DNA from: Eledone cirrhosa
Lineage: Eukaryota
Direction of reading: 5' to 3'
Assembly: GCA_964016885.1 (NCBI GenBank)
Contig: OZ024742.1
Span: 226,114,001-226,178,000 of the forward strand
Length of the DNA stretch: 64,000 nucleotides
Shown: in pieces, positions 40,801-53,960 of the stretch
How positions within the stretch are numbered: the stretch's first letter is position 1
How the letters are laid out: each line of letters begins with the position of its first letter
Program-made: the position numbers and the translations under genes
Notes under the pieces: model-generated
What the model saw: the letters and a program-made list of their open reading frames with translations, nothing else
Told to the model about the DNA's origin: nothing
The model's database searches: none

Positions 40801-43800
40801 GAGAGTGGGAGTAAGAGATAGTTTGATTGTAATAGCGACTGGGAGTGAGAGAGTGAGTAGGAGAGAGAAAAACGACAGAGAGGTAAAAGCTATATGGATT
40901 AAATAGAAACTGTGAAAGAAGGACTCACACACATATATATATATATAGATAGATATATATAGATATATATATCCTACTCTCACATCTCTTTCCCTATATA
41001 TATATAGACAGAGAGAAGGGGGAGAGATAAAACAGAGACTATATAGTGTCGATTCATAGAGTGGGGGAAAAGGATAGATAGATGTATAGATAAAGAGAGT
41101 AGGAGGTGAGATATAGACTATAGACTGTATATAATAGCGACTGTTCTCTGTACTGTAAATAGGAAAGCTGGCAGAGCTGGTATAGTGAAACAGTTGATGG
41201 CACCAGTCACATATAGAACTGAGACACAAATAGACAAGATAGACACTTTAAAAATAAGTTCTAACACACACAGTATATAATCCAAACGTACGTGTATGTG
41301 TGTATTTGTTTATATATTATATATACACAGACATACACGTTCATGGAACATGATTATAACCACACACGCGCACAAGCAGATATACACTGTGTATTTGGCT
41401 GACTATTTTTAAATGTGTGTGTACTGTCATGTATGTATTTAAGCAGGGATGCACGAATGGATGAATGTATATGTATGTCGGCATGTTCGATATTTATGCA
41501 TGCGTGTATGTATAAATTTACGTTAAGTGTGACTGGCTATACGCAGGGCCTCTACGCTTTCAGGAATTTCGAATTTCCTCTGTTAGTTCAATCTTCCACA
41601 CCACTACAGCTGACAGGCCGGGCCCTTAGGCTTACAGGTATTTCGGGGCTCCTCGGGCACTTTCATCCCACTACAGCAAAAATAAACTTGACAGGCATTT
41701 AGTGCCTGTGATCCCCGTAGGCTTCAGTCAATTCAATTTTATGAATAATGCAGTCATTGATACATGTATGCATGTATGAATGTGTATGCACGTGTATATG
41801 TATAATTTTATAGTCGTATGGATGAATGCACGTATATGTATGCCGGCATGTAATGTATTTAATTTTAAGTATAGATGGATTTGTGTATGTAGGTGTGTAT
41901 ATGTATATATGTTGGCAGGTTTCAATATATGTAGTACGGATGTATTATGTATGTTTCTATGTGTGTATATAATATTATGTATTATGTGGATATATAACTG
42001 AGTATGCATGTATACATGTGTGGATATAATATGATGTGAAGAAGTACATGAGGCAAACATTTACCATAAAGCACACTACCAGCTTAGTTTTTCCAATAAT
42101 CAAAAGAGTATTAACAAGAACACTGAAAGGCTGCAAACTATATATGTATAAATAGCACATTCTATGTACTTAGATGTAGAATGTGGGTCTCTGGGCCTAT
42201 GTAAATGTGAGTTTAAAAGTACGTTGAACTTTTAAATAAATCATGTAAGCACACACATACATAGGCGGATTAAGATTGTATGGAGCCTCTGGTTAAAATT
42301 TTCATTATTTATGACAACAAAAAATTAATTTGGGCCCTTTAAATATTGTGGTGACTCCTGACTACAGCTTAGTCCCCCCCCCCCCACAAGTCTGTAAGTC
42401 TGTGTGGGTATGTATGTGTGCATGTATATATGTATTAGTATCTAAAAATATGTAAGCGCCACAGTGAAGTTTAAACCGTTTCGACCATAGGGTTTACATG
42501 TTTAAATATCAACACTACTTTCTTTAAAGAATGAAGTACTAGGTTGAATAATGGTCTTACTAATCTCAATTAGTAACATATTATTCATCTATACACACAC
42601 AAGTGAGGGTACACGGAAAGTGCTATCAACACAATGTGTAAGTTGAGAATATATATATTATATGTTAAAAGTTTGACTTTATGCGTTACCAAACGGTTTC
42701 ATATACGTATTTATATCTATGAAACTGGTAACGTATAAGTCAACGATCCTGTCCTTAATGCACCGAAATCGTGGTGCTCACCCATCAGACAGCCGTTGAT
42801 TCAGGGATGTGTCCGTCTGTCCATTTTGCTCTGCCCATGAAAATCTATTTGGTTTTTTGAAAAGCCGCCACTATGCAGGTGAATAATAGTCGAATAAGTT
42901 GGGTAAAATGCCCCTGAAGACAGAAAAAAGGGGGACAAAGACGCACGTATACATATCTAGTAGTATTTCGTTAAAATACGGAAAAGAATCAAAATTAAAG
43001 TAAGGTACTCAATACATCGGTAGAGTGGGTAATTAATTTCATAAAGGGGTGGCTTTTACAGGATTAGTTCTGTTACATTCGGTGAAGAAAATCGTCACCT
43101 ACAGAAACATAATTAGTACTGGAAGGGCTACAATTCAATAAAATAATATATATGATTGATTGACAGATAGATAGATATAGAGATTGATAGAGTGATAGAC
43201 ATAGATAGAGAGAGAGAGACGAGGTAGATAGATAGACGGGGGCAGATAGATAGGATGTTGCGAATCAAGATTAGTAAGATCATTATTCAACTTAGTATTT
43301 TATACTTAAAGGAAAGTAGAAGGTAGGTATTAGTATAGAAAACATAGGCCCTACAGTCAAGTTTAAACCGAAACGCTTTAAGCTTGAACGTAGGGCCTAC
43401 ATATCTATTAATGTTTGTGTACGTATGTCCATACACGCAGATATTTTGAGGGTTGAAGGTAGTATCACCGCGCTCTAAATAACCCAAAGTATGAAAGAAG
43501 CCCTCCATTCAGGTACAATTAATTCTATTATGGCTTATCATCAACACACACATAAATGTATGAATTTATTTCAAGAATAAATCTATCATTCCTTTTCTCC
43601 AGAATATATAAATTATTATTATAGTCATGAAGCCTAACCAGTGACTTAATGACCAGGAGTTTCGTGTTAAAAGTACCCTTAAGCACGAAACTCCTGGTCC
43701 TTGAGTTACAAGAATGTCTTCATACATGCATACTATTAATAGTGATTGTTTACTTTGAAGTTTCGCCGATACTACTGGCTTCTCAAAACAATATTATATT

Positions 43801-45086
43801 AATAACAAATATTATTTTGACTCGTCAAAAAGTATGAATCGTTTATTCGAAGCATGTTTAGTATTTTTTTTTTTTACAAACCTATTAATAAAAATCTATA
43901 TACACGAAATGGCAGACGAGGCACCCTTCAAAGAGGTTGCCTAAATATAATTAATAAAACTAATAAAAAGGGTTGATGAAAATAAAACATGTTTATTCTA
44001 ATGAATTAAACAAGTCAAACTCGGGAAAATCTTGTTAAATCCACGATAAAATATTGAGTAGTTCGACCGTAGTTAAAAGTTTTGCTAGGTGCGTTAGGTG
44101 TGACCTTACCTGAACACATCAGCAACCCAAAGGGGTTACTTCTTACAGCACAAGTGTGACGGGTTAGCTTGGCTGTTTTCAAACAATCACATTAATGGTT
44201 TGAAAAAAAAAACAAACTAACGAGAATGTCAGCCAACCATCAATATTTTCATTTTTATATCGTTTGTTTTGAAATCACGTTGTGGCTTCGAAGAATATAT
44301 TCTTTAATTTTTACATCGTTTTCTTGAGCCGTGTGTGTGAAATATTTCTGTAATAAACCGCGTTGGTGTATTGATATCGATACATGATAACAGTTGATCA
44401 ATATTTACAATGTGGTGCTCTTTTATGTATATATGTACATATATATATATTCTTTTTTTTTAAATAGAAAACGAAGTAAATTTCAACATATGAAATATAT
44501 TTCGAGATATACAAACACTCAGATGTATAAATATGTTATATTAACAACAGTTATTAGTTAACGATCGTTGATGAACCGGTAAAAATAAATGCGGTTAATT
44601 GACACAAAAATATTTAAAATTGGTTACAGAGAAATATCATTGGAAGGACAAATTAGAGTATATATTGGTATTTAGTAAACTTTTTCGGGAAGCATTTTCA
44701 CTGAATATGAGAGGATACATATATATTGCGCTTTATTTTCAACATTGGAAGAAATGTTGATAGGTAAAGAGAAACTACATTAGCAGCGAGCGCAATTAAA
44801 GGCAACAAACACCCTCTGGAGCCAACAGAGACGGAACGAAGCACAACCTCCCACAATTAACCACAGATACCCAGTGATAAATACTCCACAGATTCCTGTC
44901 TACTTGATCAAAGTGTAAGTGAATATATCTAGATGTAGGGGTATACATGGACAATCTAAATATAAGACGACAATACAGAGAGAATCTATTTAAGAGAGAG
45001 AGAAACTACACACATTAATGGCGTCGCTGTGACGTTCAGGTGACAAGGTCGGACTTCGGAGAGCGCAAAAACAAGCGAAAGCTTAC

Positions 45087-45197
45087 CTTTACTTTAACGT
45101 CTGGTCCCGCCGTAATACCGGCCTTTTCTTTGATTTTCTTAATACAATCAGTATCATCGTTATTCACATAAGTAATTTTACCTTCCTGTCCAGCCAT
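45087..45197 (-). CDS. KIAA1143: Exon 1 of KIAA1143/DUF4604-like gene (MAGQEGKITYVNNDDTDCIKKIKEKAGITAGPDVKVK)
   Basis: ATG in aacATGG context at 45197, 37 open codons, then a strong AAG|GTAAGC donor (phase 0). The region is CpG-rich. The peptide resembles, from memory, the KIAA1143 N-terminus (VSYV...FKERVGY..GPTVETK). Confidence 0.75.
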
Positions 45198-45960
45198 GTT
45201 CCACTTGTTTCAAAAAAAGTTAAATGGGCACAGACGAAATTTTCTTCCGCCGATCTATTGTGGACCTAAAAGTAGTTCGGTAAAAAATCTCTCAACATTT
45301 ACAAATAAATATTCCCAGAATTTCTTTTAGTTGTCAAAAATAAGTTTTCATATAAATAACAAAGCCTCTTCTGTGAAATATTTTCGTTTATAATTCGATT
45401 TTCACCATGGAATGTATGAATTATGAGTAATGTATTAGTGCGCTGGTCGGAGTTGTATCCATTCGCATCACGTTTGACTATGTGGAATCTATGTGCGTGT
45501 GAGTGATGAGGCCGTCGTGCGCCTTGAGCAGACGGCAATCTGTAGTCGGCCGCGAAATGCGCACCATATACTACTACTAATCACAGACAAGGTGCCCACT
45601 GGGTTTTGCTTTATGTTTCACACATATATTCTGCAATTCTTTAGGAATATAAACTACTTCACCACATATATTTTTATTGTATACGCCACACATTGAAAAT
45701 TTAATAATAAAAGATAATTTTTATACAATATTTATGAACAATTGGTGATGATGAAATGCAGCTGTGACCAGCGAAACCGGAGTTCCAGTTTGACGCTGTA
45801 CCGAGCGGGAAACGCCTCGATGAATAGACGAGACCATGCTTTCGGTTTCTATGATGCGAAGATATATATTTGTATATAGAAAGAAAGGCTTTCCGTAGAG
45901 GAACCGAAAGCGGCAACAGTTACATAAAGTACTCAATACATTAAGTAGAACTAGAACAGT
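45198..45960. promoter_or_regulatory. Putative promoter/5' region of the KIAA1143-like gene
   Basis: TE-free, locally CpG-rich stretch directly upstream of the ATG. It contains an E2F-like GCGGGAAA (~45825). A CRE-like TGACGTTC lies at ~45030 in intron 1. Confidence 0.45.
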
Positions 45961-46059
45961 TTCATTCATTTGAAATGATAGACTTCTGATAATTTCAAAC
46001 GAATGTAAGTTCTAGTCACGTATAACTAATTTCTTCTGAGATCAATTTTATGTTTATAT

Positions 46060-46844
46060 ATAATTGTATATGAATATGTATGTATGTACATAAATACATA
46101 CATACATATAGACACACACACACATACATACACACACATATATATACATCCATACATACATACATACATCCATACATACATACACACATACACATACATA
46201 CATACATATACACGATACGTATATGCATAAAGATAGAGTCTTGTATAATGAGCCTGTATATACACAGGCGAAACTCCAGAGTAACAAGACTGACATAGCC
46301 TTAATAAAAGAATATTCATTTTCACTTTAGTACTGAGTAGTCCGCGACCGTCAATACTAAGCTTATATGAATGTATACTATTATTAATAATAGCTAATAT
46401 TTCTGTTAATGTCTTTTATAACTCTTACATATATCCCGTTTAGTTTAGTAAACCGCCTTTTCGGCTTCACTATTTCTAAAATACAGCCTAGCAACAATAA
46501 TGTTTCGTTATTTATTTACACGGAGTAAATTGAAAGTGAAAATACGAACGTGGTACAGTACTTAGTAGCAGTCGTGTTGAAAAAGCGGAATGTATTTTTA
46601 AAAAAAAAACAACTAATAAACAATTAAAATAAATATTTTAAAAAGTTCGTTACATTCCAAAACATATCTACACCATATTTTAAAAGGTGCCTTTAAACCG
46701 AGTTTTACTGTTAAGGGAATTGCTATGTATGAAGAATTAACAGAATTATTCCAAAATATTTATACACACACACTCACACACATATATTATATGTATGTAT
46801 ACATATATGTATGTATACATATATATATATGTATACATATATGT

Positions 46845-46926
<82 letters not shown>

Positions 46927-47000
46927 ACATATATATATGTATACATATATATATGTATATATATATATGTATACATATATATATATATATATACATACAT

Positions 47001-47054
<54 letters not shown>

Positions 47055-47150
47055 TTATATATATATGTGTGTGTGTGAATACATATATATATGTGTCTGT
47101 ATGTATATATATATATATATATAAATGTATATATATATATATATATATAT
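46060..47150. repeat. Compound (CATA)n and (TA)n microsatellites
   Basis: Directly visible; the source of the YIYI-type ORFs. Confidence 0.9.
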
Positions 47151-47487
47151 ATTAATAAGAGGAATTCCAACTTTGTCTGATTTACTTGTTTTATTTACAA
47201 TCCTTGAAAATTTATAATGGTATTATAATGAAATAGTATGATAGAATATTAAATTCTAAGTGTTAATTGAACAAGTACTTTCATGCTTTCGCAATCTTCA
47301 GGTTCATAATATGTGGTGACAGTCAAGTTTGCAATTTTCAACTGAAAATTGCAAACTTGACTGTTCAATTAACACTTAGAATTTAATATTCTATCATACT
47401 ATTTCATTATAACACCATTATAAATTTTAAAGGATTGTAAATAAAACGAGTAAATCAGACAAAGTTGGAATTCCTCTTATTAATATA
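47147..47487. mobile_element. Young fold-back element (~125-bp arms) enclosing a hammerhead and an inner 22-bp hairpin
   Basis: 47147-47273 is a near-perfect reverse complement of 47362-47487. The inner hairpin is at 47319-47364. Confidence 0.85.
47268..47306 (-). ncRNA. Minimal type I hammerhead ribozyme
   Basis: tgaac-CTGAAGA-ttgc gaaa gcat-GAAA-gtac-TT-gttca. Stem I is 5 bp, stem II is GNRA-capped, stem III is palindromic (aagtactt), and the core is intact. Confidence 0.7.
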
Positions 47488-47533
47488 ATCTTCTATACAC
47501 AATCATACACACCCGTGTATATTTATCTATCTA

Positions 47534-49085
47534 GCTGAACCGGGACAAGTCGATCGGTCTGCAACTCGGCACGTGGAGGGGCAGATCGATGCCCTCCGAT
47601 GGCGTCGTCGGGCGCTGGACGGAGGGCCCGGTGAAATTGCTCGGGGTCTGGTTCGGACCAGACCTCCAGGTGGAGAAGAACTGGGGTGAGGTGACGAGCA
47701 GGGTGTTTGCACTGACCCAGAAGTGGGCCGAGTGCAAACTGTCCCTGAAAGGTCGGGCGGAGGTGGCGAACACTTATATAGCATCCGTCATCTACTACCG
47801 CCTGACCGTGGTGCCTTGCCCAAGAGAAACGCTCGCCAAAATGGAGCGCGCACTCTTCCAATTCCTTTGGAAGAAGCGGGCTCCTATGGTGAGGAGATCC
47901 ATCTGCTGTCAACACCCTTCGAAAGGAGGGCTGGGGATGCCGTGGCTGATGATACATAAACACGCATTAAGGCTACGGCACCTTCAGGTATTCCTCTCCG
48001 GTCAACCGGTGTGGGCCCCGTTTGTGAGGCGAGCCTTTTCCAGACTCGTCTCACTCACCGAGCTGCAATCCTGGGTCAAGCAAAGACCGAGAAAACTGGG
48101 CGCCTGGCACACCGAGTGTGCCCAGGCGCTCACGGCTCACTGGCAGGCAGACCGGCTGTCAGTGGAGAATCCACCTCGTCATTCTATAGAGGGCTGGTGG
48201 TTAGCAGGTGCGACGACGCCCTCGGAGAAGCCCTAGGCATGGAGGAAGACGAACTGGCCAACCTGTTCAGTAGGACATTCAGCCCGGGACCCATGGATAA
48301 CTTCCAGAGGTCCCTGGCCTGGCAATGCTACAGAAGGGCTCTGCCCGTTTGAGAAAGGCTCTACAGACACGGGCGCCCGGGTAGGGACCCATCGAAAAAG
48401 GTCTGTCCCAGATGCGTGTGCGACGAGGAAACCGTTGCACACGCATTGGTACACTGCTCGGGCATTGCCGATCTGTGGGGCTATGTCGAACAACTGCTGT
48501 CAAGGGTGGGACCAATCCGGTTGACCACCGAGTCTATTGTAACGATCAAGCCGCCTCCCCTCTTCAAAAACGAAGGAGAGGCGGTGTTTCTGTGCGTAAT
48601 AGCCATGGCGAAAGAGGTTGTATGGTGGACGCGTCTGAAAGGACTGAGGTCAGACACCTTTCTCTCTGGCCAACAACTGGTCCGTTTCTTCCGATATCAT
48701 TTCGGAAGAAGGATCAGGATGGAGAGAGAGGTGCTGCACCCCAGCCGTTTCTATGAAAGATGGGTGAAAGTGGCAAGAATGGCCCGTGTGAATGGGCCTT
48801 CACTCTACATCAGACTATAGGTGAGGAAGATGAAAGACCAAGGGAGCACCCCTTCTCTGTGCTCCTGAGGAGAAGGGTTGCACACTTTTTTCGGGGGTGT
48901 GTGTGACCCCCCAAGGCGCCTCCTCTCTATTGAGGACTTTGTTATAAATTTTATTTTTTGTTATATTTTATTTTATTTTTATATATTGTTATTGCCTCCT
49001 CCTTATTGAGGACGCCTTGTTTTGTAAACTCCCCCCTTTGTACTTGTCCCACTTTTGATGCCCTGGTGGCAAATAAAAGAAACAT
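47534..49085 (+). mobile_element. 5'-truncated Tx1/L1-clade LINE (RT C-terminus, CCHC finger, 3' UTR)
   Basis: VKLLGVWF, LSLKGRA, FLWK, KGGLGMP and CPRC..EETVAHALVHC motifs. One frameshift and one stop. Ends aataaaagaaaca. Confidence 0.92.
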
Positions 49086-49192
49086 ATCTATATATATATA
49101 TATATACAGACACACACATATATATATATATATACATACAGACACATATATATGTATATGTATTCACACATATATATATATAAATGTATATG

Positions 49193-49235
<43 letters not shown>

Positions 49236-49403
49236 ATAATAATAAATTTGAAGACTAAAATCAAAAGAGGGCTCGATAAGGATAAATATATATCAAATAT
49301 ATAAGAACTGTAGAGCAAATATTTATTCAAATAACAGATTAAAGTTTAAGCAAAGAATCGCTGCTTTCACTCTTAAGGGTGAAAGCAGCGATTCTTTGCT
49401 TAA

Positions 49404-49865
49404 ATAAGGGCAAAGGAGCTCTTAAGAGTCAATGGCCATCCAAAATCACCGGGAGAGATGACTCTTTAGCCTTTGTCAAGGCAGAATTCTAGGAGAAGGA
49501 AAACTCTGATATAACACCTGCAACTCTGATGGTATCCAATGATGTTGACTTGTTCTTCTTTTTGGTAAATATCATCTTGGTTAAGAGAGTGGGACTGGCT
49601 TTGTGCAGTGCCTTTGCTCACTATAAAAGCTTCACGGGACAGGCATTGCTTTATATCTGGAGATCTCTCTGCACTTGTCGTCACATGGTACCATGGGCCC
49701 AGCACTATGTGTCAATAATTGTCACAAGTGTAGTGTTTGTACCAGAGTTTTCAAGTTGCTGGCTGGACTAAAAAGTCACACTCGTTCAGCGCATAGGTAG
49801 GAAGGAGTTCTCCTACATGGATATAAAGTAGTGGCCGTACTCGAAAACGAGTTGGCAGCCACCAT
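49404..49865 (+). mobile_element. Composite old retroelement fragment ending in an RTE-type 3' end
   Basis: CSVCTRVFKLLAGLKSH zinc-finger-like remnant, then gtactcgaaaacgagt and an (atgt)n tail. Confidence 0.5.
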
Positions 49866-49878
49866 GTATGTATGTATG

Positions 49879-49921
<43 letters not shown>

Positions 49922-50027
49922 ATGTATGTATGTATGTATGTATGTATGTATGTATGTGTATATATATATATATATATTTATTAAAATAACAGATTAAAGT
50001 TTAAGCAAAGAATCGCTGCTTTCACCC

Positions 50028-50067
<40 letters not shown>

Positions 50068-50832
50068 TATATTATTATCGGTGGATTGGCAGTATCGGTA
50101 GAGGGTTGGACGCCATGCTTTGTAGCACAGTTACGTTCCTTTACGAACTGAGTTCAAATCACGTCGAGGTTAACTTTGCCTTTCATCCTTATGAGGTCGA
50201 TAAAATAAAGTACCAGTAATACACTGGGATAATTGCTGGCCTTGTGCCAAAAAGTAGAAACAATTATTATAGGGCGGTGGATTGGCAGTATCGGTAGAGA
50301 GTTGGACACCATGCCTTGAAGCATAGAGTTACGTCCCTTTATGATCTGAGTTCAAATCCCGCCGAGGTTAACTTTGCCTTTACCGGGTCGATAAAATAAA
50401 GTACCAGTAATGTACTGGGTAATTGCTGGCCTTGTGCCAAAAATAGAAACAATTATTATATAAAACACATGGCGAACTGGTATATTCCTTCCTGGGAACA
50501 AAGCAACAATAACGTCAGTTTACTTTGAGAAACTCTGAGTATCTGGGAAGGTATATGCCAATTTTCCGTGTGTTTTATATAATACATTTACTTCTATGTT
50601 TACATATTGAAGGCTCTTTCTTTAGTGATTGCAATCTTACACTCAGCCAACTAATATATATATACATCTAAACATCTATATATGTATCATCATCATCATC
50701 ATCGTTTAACGTCCATATTCCACGCTTGCATGGGTTTGGACGGGTGTTTTCCCACTTGAGGCATATATGTGTGAATATCATCATCATCATCATCATCATC
50801 GTTTAACGTCGATCTTCCACGCTTGCATGGGT

Positions 50833-50876
<44 letters not shown>

Positions 50877-51025
50877 TGTATAAATTCCCGACCACGGCGC
50901 TAAGTGGTTTCAGCTACTGCCTGGCGCCGCGGTTACGATTCTACACCTCTCTATACCCACTCTACATCTCCCCATGTATCGAGTACTCACATGATTAGTG
51001 GTTTCCTTGGTTTCAGCACTGCAGA

Positions 51026-51058
<33 letters not shown>

Positions 51059-51194
51059 AGTGTGTGAGTGTGTGTGTGTATTATAGACGAATAATATCAA
51101 CTTAGTTAAATTCTAAATAAGTTAAATTATTATTGTTACAAAATGATATTTTTTAAAGTATCAGTTTGTATATGTGTGTGTGACAATATATATC

Positions 51195-53235
51195 TGATGG
51201 CTGCTTCTTGATTTCAATAATTGCAATTACTTGATTCTTTTCTCACACATGGGTGGCACGAACATGACTCTTTAGTTCTGCCAAAGACTTACATTCTTTT
51301 CTGTGTATGCTACAGTGATGAATGTTACTCCCAATTTGGTGAGCTTTCAAATGACATTGGAGTCTGCCAGCTGTTTTCCACACTTCCAACAGGAATATGT
51401 TGTACATGGCTTCTCTGATGATTTCTAAGACCAGCAATACTGAGGCAAATCCAGTTACACTCATTGCATACAAAGTCATTTTGAGCATCTAAATATCCAG
51501 GTAAAGTAATATCATGCAGACCCTTACACAAAACCCTCTTTCATTTTTCAAATTCCTGTTTTCCATTAAACACTGTTTTACCCCAAGATGATCAGTCTAA
51601 GACAATGTCTTCCCAGTTATCTTCTCTGAATTTTGATCTTATCAAAGCTCTTTTGATGCAGTCTTTATACCTGAGTTTTGGTTTATGCCTTGGTCGTTTG
51701 CTTTTGACTAACTCCCTGTCTAGTAACTGCTTAGGAATACGATGATCTTATAACATGACCACTCCAGTGCAATCTATATAGAATTACGAGAGATTCAATA
51801 CTTTCAAAATGACTTCATTCCAACACTTCAACATCACTCATATGTGACAATTGCCAATGGATCCAAAGTATTCAGTAATGACATTGTTGATGAAAATGTT
51901 CAAGAATTTTTATATTTCAGTAGTATGTGACCCAAGTTTTACATGCATACAACACCCAGAAAAACCTGGGACGATTTGATAAATTCTGACCTTACACACT
52001 TATACCTCTCTAAGACAATGTCACTGGACCGAGAGCTTTGGCGCTACGCAGTAATACAGAAGACCCGCCTTGCCTATGTACAAAGCGAAACCTACAGTCA
52101 CTAGGCACCTCTTAACCAAATATATACCCCATCCCACTATCCCTACTCCACCCCACCCCCACTCCCACCAACACCACCCTTTCTCTGTAAAGTTATCTTG
52201 GTAGGTCAACATCCAGTTCAAAATAAATGAGGTTGTGTAGGTGTCACGACAAAAAAACACAGAGTCCACGCTGTAATGTGGCCGTGCAGGTAACACGATA
52301 AAAACCTCCCAGTCCACACTGTAAATGTGGTTTGTGTTAGGAAGGGCATTGAGCTGTAGAAAACCTGCCAGACAGTCCTATACGGGCGAGACATGGTCAC
52401 CCAACCAATCTTGCCTCAAGTGGGACAATTCCCGTCTAAACCCATGCTAGCGTGGGAAGATAGACGTTAAACGATGATGATGATGACAACAATGAAGACA
52501 ATACACATGTTCTGTATACCTTTAACTTTGCATCAATGAAAATCCCACATCTACACTAGAGACCCCCATTTAATTTACCAAATGAATCATTAGCTTTCTT
52601 TCGTCGTAAAAGGATTTCATCATCAAGGGTGTGTGTCATGTTAACTGTGTTATAAATTTATCCACAACCTTTAATGTTTTGCCATACTCATAAATTCTAG
52701 GCTCAGGGAAGTGCTTGCCTGGAGCAGGTTGATAATGACAACTGTCTTGGCCAGGCTGATTTTCAAACCAATGTGCTGCATGTCTCTGAAAAAGAATCCA
52801 TCAGGTGTTACATGTCACTCTCAGAGTGAGCAACAAGATTGCAATCATCTGCATACAAACATTCATGTATTAAAGAAGTGAACACTTTTGTTTTGGGCAG
52901 CAAACTGTCTGATGTTAAACACTTTATCTGTTGTACGATACTTGATATGTGCAGTCCTAAAATGCCATAAGGAAAACCATAGAGTAATACAATGCAAACA
53001 GAATAGGTGCTGGTATATTCCTTTGTTTTACCCTATTTTCAATGAAAATGGGATGTGACACTTGTCCACACAAGCTGACACACCTCATAAAAACCTCTCA
53101 GAACATATGACAGTCCTATTCACTATATCAATAATTTTACATAAAACTTTTCCCACAACTGACAGGAGGGCTATCCCACAATAATTACCACAATCATCCT
53201 TTGCACCTTTTCCTTTATAAAGTTCTATCATCCAT
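51195..53235 (-). mobile_element. Old RTE/BovB-like LINE remnants, interrupted by the 51957-52486 element
   Basis: NYCGIALLSVVGKVL, LYADDC, PKLRYKDC and terminal CNECNWIC...GLRNHQRSH motifs. Confidence 0.75.
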
Positions 53236-53580
53236 GCATGTTTCCGTATAAATATATATATATTCATTTTATTAAGGGTAAATAGTGAGTCTTGTTACTC
53301 TGGAGTTTCAGCCTAACAAAACTCACTATTTAGCCTTAATAAAATGAATATTAAAACTCTATTTCGGTGTTGAGTACTCTTTTCTCTCAGCCATCAACCA
53401 TATATAGATATCTTATCTATCTATGGTAGATAAGATATCCATACTTATCTATCTATGATAGAGTTGGAACTCCATGTAGTATGGAAGTGAAAATTCCAAT
53501 GAGATCTGGTGATAAAAGTTTTTGTTTTTGTAGTAAGATATCGTTAGACTTTGTTGAGCATTCAAGCATGCTACAGTCAT

Positions 53581-53960
53581 ATATGTAGGTTGAATAATGA
53601 AAGCAAAATGCAAAAGTTTAGTGCTTAATTAGTTCATTGTTTTTCAATAATTTCATAAGATTGATTGATCATGATAAATCGATATAGTGACTAATGAGTA
53701 GTAGTTATGCAACTCCTTATTATTAGTCTTGGTTCTATAGATCCATCTTACTAACTTCATCAGAAATAATCTTGTTTCTGGCAAAGACGGTGAGTTGGAA
53801 CTATAATATTGAGGCTAATATTATAGAGTTGCATAACTACTATCGATTACTTACTATATTGATTTATCATGATCGATCAACCTTCTGAAACGATCATAAA
53901 ATATTGAACTAATTAAGCACTAAACTTTGCATTTTGTTTTCATTATTCAACCTATACATA
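53581..53960. mobile_element. Fold-back element of the same family as 31779-33063
   Basis: ~185-bp imperfect arms centred at ~53770, containing CTGATGA (minus) and GAAACGATCATA (plus). Confidence 0.8.

Noticed and set aside
45500-45565. Hammerhead-like or box C/D-like GTGATGA-GGCCG...CGGCC-GC-GAAA in the promoter region
   Set aside because: It lacks C3, the NUH cleavage triplet and stem I, and no box D CTGA lies nearby.
45838-45912. Hairpin gctttcggtttct/agaggaaccgaaagc and a plus-strand GTAAGT donor at ~46005, suggesting a divergent transcript
   Set aside because: No ORF, RNA-family signature or downstream exon could be identified; insufficient support.
46016-47170. Numerous YIYI/CVCV/HTHT ORFs here and elsewhere
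   Set aside because: Translations of (TA)n, (TG)n and (CATA)n microsatellites.
50078-50457. tRNA genes
   Set aside because: A/B boxes are present but continue into a SINE body and tail, with no cloverleaf.
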